From positions 160,001-224,000 of the forward strand of contig JAHPZH010000006.1 in assembly GCA_019058315.1 (NCBI GenBank): DNA of 64,000 nucleotides, read 5' to 3'. Under the pieces are notes generated by a model, which saw only the letters and a list, made by a program, of their open reading frames with translations, did no database searches and was not told the DNA's origin. How positions within the stretch are numbered: position 1 is the first letter of the stretch; each line of letters opens with the position of its first letter. A program made the position numbers and the translations under genes. Below, in pieces: positions 59,119-64,000 of the stretch. Origin of the DNA: Candidatus Helarchaeota archaeon (GTDB taxonomy: Archaea; Asgardarchaeota; Lokiarchaeia; Helarchaeales; RDOG01).

Positions 59119-59907
59119 ATGATTAATCTGAATATTGAACAAGAAACAAATCGAATTATAGATTTTATAAAAAAAATTTTCAAAAAATCAAATGCTAAAG
59201 GAATTCTTTTAGGAATAAGCGGTGGAATTGACTCGGCAACAACAGCTGCTTTATGCACCCGCGCAATTGGAAAAAATAATATGTTATCTTTAATTCTACC
59301 TTGTCATTCAAATGATAATGATTTAAAAGATGCTAAATCTGTTGCAGATTATCTTGGAATCAAGCATATAATTGTTAATTTAAATGAAACTTATGATATC
59401 ATTTTAAAAACATTTGAAAATGTCAATGATTTTAAAAATGAAAATTTAGAAATTCCAAAAGCTAACTTAAAGGCTAGGTTAAGAATGTGCTCAGTTTACT
59501 ATTTTGCCAACTTGTTGAATTATTTAGTCGCTGGAACTGGAAATAAATCTGAAGATGATATCGGTTATTTTACAAAATATGGAGATGGTGGGGTTGATTT
59601 TCTTCCTATACAACATTTATATAAGCATGAAGTTAGAGAGGTTGCAAGATTTCTTAAAATTCCTGATAAAATTATCGAAAGGAAACCAACTGCAGGATTA
59701 TGGGAGGGACAAACCGATGAAGATGAATTATCCAAACAGTTGGGATTTAAAATTACTTATGATAAATTAGATGAAATGTTAATGAACATCGAAAATGGCA
59801 AATTTGATATGCATAATGGAGAATATAAAAATTTAACACAATTAATGAAGAAAAATCGGCATAAAATAGAGTTACCACCTAACCTGCAACGAAAAAACGA
59901 AAATTAA
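59119..59907 (+). CDS. nadE: NH3-dependent NAD+ synthetase
   Basis: GISGGIDS, NLKARLRM, GTGNKSE, GYFTKYGDG, PTAGLWEGQTDE; no nitrilase domain. Confidence 0.96.
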   Translation: MINLNIEQETNRIIDFIKKIFKKSNAKGILLGISGGIDSATTAALCTRAIGKNNMLSLILPCHSNDNDLKDAKSVADYLGIKHIIVNLNETYDIILKTFENVNDFKNENLEIPKANLKARLRMCSVYYFANLLNYLVAGTGNKSEDDIGYFTKYGDGGVDFLPIQHLYKHEVREVARFLKIPDKIIERKPTAGLWEGQTDEDELSKQLGFKITYDKLDEMLMNIENGKFDMHNGEYKNLTQLMKKNRHKIELPPNLQRKNEN

Positions 59908-59975
59908 GATTAATTTTGATTGAAAAAGATATTGTTGAAAAATTAAAACCAAAATTGTAATGAATGAAATAAAAA

Positions 59976-62606
59976 ATGGATAAAGAAATTAAATTAAATT
60001 TTAGTTCAGGAATTCCTGCATTAGATGAAATCCTACAGGGAGTGCTTCCTGGAGATAATGTAATTTTTAAAATAGATAGGCTTGAAAATTATATTCCATT
60101 TGTAAACGCATTCTGTAATTATGTCAATAAGGAAAATTTGGATTTAATATATCTCCGTTTTAATAATCATCAATATTTGTTACCAAAAAATATCAAAGCA
60201 ACAGTCTATGAATTGAATCCAAAAAAAGGATTTGATTATTTCATATCTGATATTATAAAAATCATTGATAAGCATGGAGTCGGAGCTTGTTATGTTTTTG
60301 ATTCTCTGTCCGATTTAGCTGTGAATTGGTATTCTAATGTCATGTTAGGAAATTTTTTCATGCTTATATGTCCTTATTTATATAAATTAAAAACTGTAGC
60401 TTATTTTGGATTATTTCGAAATTATCATGATTCAAAAACACTGAAAGATATTCAAAATACTGCTCAAGTAATTATTGACGTATATCAAGATGGGGAAAAT
60501 TCCCTTTATGTTCATCCAGTTAAAGTTTTCGAACGTTTTTCTTCAAAGATATTCATGTTGCATAAATGGTCTGATTTAAACAATCCCCTTAGTTCATTTC
60601 AAACTATAAAATCCAGTACAAGAATTGCTAATATTATTTCTAAAAAGCATTTCATATCTCTGAATCCAATTCAAGATCATATTGATGCTTGGAATCTCAC
60701 CTTTCAAGAAGCTCAAAAAACATTGGAAGGAATAGTTCTAGGGCAAATATCTGTCAAAGAATTAAATGCATTTAAGAGTAAGATATTAAGAAAAGCTATT
60801 GTTCAAGATGAATTCCAATTAAATTTGGCTCTAAAGTATTTTGACTTAGATGATATTCTTGATATAAGAAAACGAATGATCGGCACAGGATTTATTGGAG
60901 GAAAATCCTTGGGCATGTTACTTTCAAGAGCAATAGTAAAAAAGGAAATTCCAGAATTAGAACAAAAGTTAGAGGTACAAGATTCCTTTTTTTTAGGTAC
61001 TGACATATTTTATACATATCTAGTCAAAAATGACTGTTGGTGGTTACGAAGAAAGTTATCAAATCCTGAAACTTTTCTTGAGGGATTGGAAGAAACATGT
61101 GATAAAATGCAATCAGGAACATTTCCGGACTATTTAATTGAAAAATTTATTGAAATGTTGGATTATTTTGGGCAGGCCCCAATAATTGTTCGCTCAAGTA
61201 GTTTACAAGAAGATTCTTATGCAGATTCTTTTTCTGGTAAAGCTGTCAGTATCTTCTTAACTAACCAGGGAACTCTTGATGAACGTTTAAAAGAATTTCT
61301 CAAAGCAATTCGTACCGTTTATACAAGTTCAATTAGTCCAAATACTCTGTGTTACCGAAAAAACCGTTTACTATTGGATAAAGATGAACAAATGGCGATA
61401 TTAGTTCAACGGGTCTCTGGATCAATTTATGGAAAATACTTTTTCCCACATATTGCGGGTACAGGTTACTCTTTCAATCCTTATGTATGGAATGAAAGAA
61501 TTGATCCAAATGCTGGATTTTTGCGTTTGGTGTTTGGACTTGGAACGAGAGCTACAAGTCGAACAGATGATGATTTTCCAAGATTGGTTGCACTAAATGA
61601 ACCTTCCTTGCGAGTTGAGAGTACACTTGATGAAATTCAAAGATATTCCCAGAAAAAAGTTGATCTATTAGACATTGAAAAGAATAAATTTATTACAAAG
61701 AATTTTTTAGATTTTCAATCTATTAAAGATAGTTTACCAATGCATATCTTTGCTACATATGATTATGAACTTGAAAAACGAATGCAGCAATTAGGTAGAG
61801 AATTTATTTTTCCTTGGGTCTTAACCTTTAATCATCTCTTGGAAAAAACAGACTTTACAAAGAATATGATAAGAATATTAAATGCTTTAAAAATGGCATA
61901 CAAATGTCCTGTTGATATAGAATTTGCCGTAAACTTCTTTGATGATCAAAATTATAATATAAATCTTTTACAATGCCGTCCATTTCAAGTTAAAGATCAA
62001 ATAAAAGACATACCAGAACCTAAAGATATTGAAAATAAATCTATTATATTCCAAACTTCAGGTCCTATAATTGGAAATAGCATTGCAACTAAAATTGATC
62101 GCATTATTTATATTGAACCTGAAGTCTTTAGCAAAATGACCATACAAGAAAGATATTCTATTGCCCGTTTAATTGGAAAAATAAATCAATTAAGTGAAAA
62201 ATCAGATAAAAAAATAATGCTTATAGGCGCCGGAAGGTGGGGGACATCAACACCAAGTTATGGAGTTCCAGTTTCATTCGCTGAAATTAATAATATATCA
62301 ATTATTTGTGAAATTAGAGAAAAAATGGGGCATTTAACTCCAGATGTCTCATTAGGAACTCATTTTTTTAATGATCTTGTAGAATGTGATATGCTCTATT
62401 TTATAATTTATCCTGAAAAAGAGAGGTATTCTATAAATCGAAATTATTTTAGAAAAGCAAAAAATTCACTTACAAAGTTAATACCCGAATCTGAACAATG
62501 GTCTCAAGCTATCAAAGTCATAGATTTAGATACAAATGGTTCCATAATCCATATCTACATGAATGCTTTTAAACAAGATGGGATTGGTTATTTGACAAAT
62601 GAATAA
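59976..62606 (+). CDS. Degenerate KaiC/RecA-like domain fused to a PEP synthase/PPDK N-terminal ATP-grasp domain
   Basis: SSGIPALDEILQG (no Walker A); IGGKS, VRSSSLQED, MAILVQ, FGLGTRA, DIEFA, LLQCRP; GRWG, SLGTHFF. Confidence 0.85.
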   Translation: MDKEIKLNFSSGIPALDEILQGVLPGDNVIFKIDRLENYIPFVNAFCNYVNKENLDLIYLRFNNHQYLLPKNIKATVYELNPKKGFDYFISDIIKIIDKHGVGACYVFDSLSDLAVNWYSNVMLGNFFMLICPYLYKLKTVAYFGLFRNYHDSKTLKDIQNTAQVIIDVYQDGENSLYVHPVKVFERFSSKIFMLHKWSDLNNPLSSFQTIKSSTRIANIISKKHFISLNPIQDHIDAWNLTFQEAQKTLEGIVLGQISVKELNAFKSKILRKAIVQDEFQLNLALKYFDLDDILDIRKRMIGTGFIGGKSLGMLLSRAIVKKEIPELEQKLEVQDSFFLGTDIFYTYLVKNDCWWLRRKLSNPETFLEGLEETCDKMQSGTFPDYLIEKFIEMLDYFGQAPIIVRSSSLQEDSYADSFSGKAVSIFLTNQGTLDERLKEFLKAIRTVYTSSISPNTLCYRKNRLLLDKDEQMAILVQRVSGSIYGKYFFPHIAGTGYSFNPYVWNERIDPNAGFLRLVFGLGTRATSRTDDDFPRLVALNEPSLRVESTLDEIQRYSQKKVDLLDIEKNKFITKNFLDFQSIKDSLPMHIFATYDYELEKRMQQLGREFIFPWVLTFNHLLEKTDFTKNMIRILNALKMAYKCPVDIEFAVNFFDDQNYNINLLQCRPFQVKDQIKDIPEPKDIENKSIIFQTSGPIIGNSIATKIDRIIYIEPEVFSKMTIQERYSIARLIGKINQLSEKSDKKIMLIGAGRWGTSTPSYGVPVSFAEINNISIICEIREKMGHLTPDVSLGTHFFNDLVECDMLYFIIYPEKERYSINRNYFRKAKNSLTKLIPESEQWSQAIKVIDLDTNGSIIHIYMNAFKQDGIGYLTNE

Positions 62607-62672
62607 CCAGTTCTTTCTATATTAATAATTTTATCAAGTTAAGTCAATGTTGCATGTTTAAGATGGTTTAAA

Positions 62673-64000
62673 ATGTGTGGAATTGTTGCAATAGTTTTAA
62701 AAGAACAAACACCTGTGGCTCCTATACTAAAAGATTGTTTACAACGATTAGAATATAGAGGCTATGACAGTGTTGGAATGTCGACATTATACAAAGGAAG
62801 TATATATACAAAAAAAGATAAAGGCAAAATTGCTGAAGTTGATGCGAAATTACATTTTGATGAATTACCTGGCAATATAGGTATTGCTCATACAAGATGG
62901 GCAACACATGGCGGAGCGACAAAAGTTAATGCTCATCCTCATCAATCTAGTTCAAATAATATTTCGGTTGTTCATAATGGTATTATTGAAAATTATTTGG
63001 ATTTAAGACAGGAATTAGAAGAAGAATATGATCATACATTTATTTCGGAATGCGACACAGAAGTAATACCTCATTTAATAGAAATAAATCTACAGAATGG
63101 AAAAAATCAGCTAGAAAAAGCAGTTAAAAAAGCATTAAAAAAAATAAGAGGGTCATATGCATTAGCAATTCTATACAAAAATAATCCTAATCAAATAATT
63201 TTAGCTAAAAAGGAAAGTCCTCTTGTTATTGGTCTTGGGACTAATGCAGTTTATGCAGCAAGTGACATTCCTGCGTTTTTACCATTAACAAATCGCGTGA
63301 TAATACTTGAGGACGGAGAATTTGCAGTTTTGAATTATAATAATGTTAAGATATATAAAACAGAAAACCACGATACAATTATCTCAAGAAATCCACAAAT
63401 AATTGATTGGAATTCTGAAATGGCTAAAAAAGGGGGAATGCCACATTTTATGCTAAAAGAAATTCATGAACAACCGAAAGCGATAAGCAATACTCTTAGA
63501 ATTAATAATTTCAAATATTCTCCCTTTATAAAATTATTAAATGATGCAAAAAATATATTTATTACTGCAGCTGGGACATCATTTCATGCAGGATTAGCAA
63601 GCTCTTATACTTTTAATAAAATCTCGAAATTAGATAATAATCCAATAATTAGCTCCGAATTTATCGACAATGTTGGGGGAATGATAGACGAAGAATCAGT
63701 AGTTTTAGCAATATCACAATCTGGAGAAACAATGGATACTTTAAATGCAATAAATTATGCTAAAAAGAAAGGTGCAAAAATTTTATCTATCACAAATGTT
63801 ATGGGTAGCTCTATTATTAGAATGTCAGATCATGAAATTATCACTCAAGCTGGTCCAGAAATTGGTGTTGCGGCAACTAAAACTTTCCTTGTCCAATTAA
63901 TATGCCTCAGTCAACTAAGTTTGTATTTAGCTGAAATGAGAGGACTTTTAAATTCAGCCGAAATTAAATTTTTAAAGCAAAATTTAATGAACATGCCAAG
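62673..64000 (+). CDS. glmS: Glutamine-fructose-6-phosphate aminotransferase (3'-truncated; absent from ORF track)
   Basis: MCGIVA, LEYRGYDSVG, AHTRWATHG, NAHPH, HNGIIENY, HFMLKEIHEQP, SQSGET, AGPEIGVAATK. Confidence 0.97.
   Translation, partial: MCGIVAIVLKEQTPVAPILKDCLQRLEYRGYDSVGMSTLYKGSIYTKKDKGKIAEVDAKLHFDELPGNIGIAHTRWATHGGATKVNAHPHQSSSNNISVVHNGIIENYLDLRQELEEEYDHTFISECDTEVIPHLIEINLQNGKNQLEKAVKKALKKIRGSYALAILYKNNPNQIILAKKESPLVIGLGTNAVYAASDIPAFLPLTNRVIILEDGEFAVLNYNNVKIYKTENHDTIISRNPQIIDWNSEMAKKGGMPHFMLKEIHEQPKAISNTLRINNFKYSPFIKLLNDAKNIFITAAGTSFHAGLASSYTFNKISKLDNNPIISSEFIDNVGGMIDEESVVLAISQSGETMDTLNAINYAKKKGAKILSITNVMGSSIIRMSDHEIITQAGPEIGVAATKTFLVQLICLSQLSLYLAEMRGLLNSAEIKFLKQNLMNMP

Noticed and set aside
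62607-62672. glmS ribozyme upstream of glmS
   Set aside because: The intergenic gap is only 66 bp and lacks the conserved structure
365-62922. Short antisense or alternate-frame ORFs in the track (e.g. 1452-1730, 25603-26040, 36890-37375, 41880-42254, 62722-62922)
   Set aside because: They lie within well-supported genes and have no motifs; shadow ORFs
1-64000. tRNA, rRNA, transposase, integrase or defence-system genes
   Set aside because: No GC-rich structured RNA of suitable size and no such protein motifs were recognised by eye

Overview
AT-rich (roughly 28% GC by eye), gene-dense chromosomal segment of an archaeon, most likely an Asgard archaeon (Loki/Helarchaeia-like). The archaeal call rests on rpl21e, rpo4, pus10, ASH-Ski2 and a split glutamate synthase; the Asgard call rests on RING- and PCI-containing proteins. 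From left to right: the end of a B12 acyl-CoA mutase cluster (large and small subunit, meaB, cobO); a membrane subtilase; a rearranged pus10-rpl21e-rpo4-DUF655 / ksgA-hemK cluster with a C25-like peptidase; assorted metabolic genes; a beta-helix-like surface protein; ASH helicase; a six-gene MoxR/DUF58/DUF4350/DUF4129/transglutaminase-like locus; MetAP; a vWA-RING-PCI protein; ArsR-Acr3; HflX; a DUF47 (PhoU-like) gene divergent from an unusual ABC importer operon, with a 3 x 120-bp phased repeat array between them; PHP; Lrp; a membrane RING protein; and a nitrogen-assimilation cluster (hdrBC-like fusion plus gltB1/2/3, divergent from glnA-GATase-nadE-PPDK-like-glmS). I recognised no rRNA, tRNA, CRISPR array or mobile element. 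The most interesting candidates are: (1) an HdrB-HdrC fusion translationally coupled to glutamate synthase; (2) an asymmetric ABC importer whose terminal membrane gene has a nearby paralog fused to a RING finger; (3) a ~30-bp-phased TGAACA operator array shared with the lrp and glnA promoters; (4) the vWA-RING-PCI protein; (5) a transglutaminase-like protein with a Cys-to-Ser change at the catalytic position. All family calls come from motif recognition by eye; no database searches were run.
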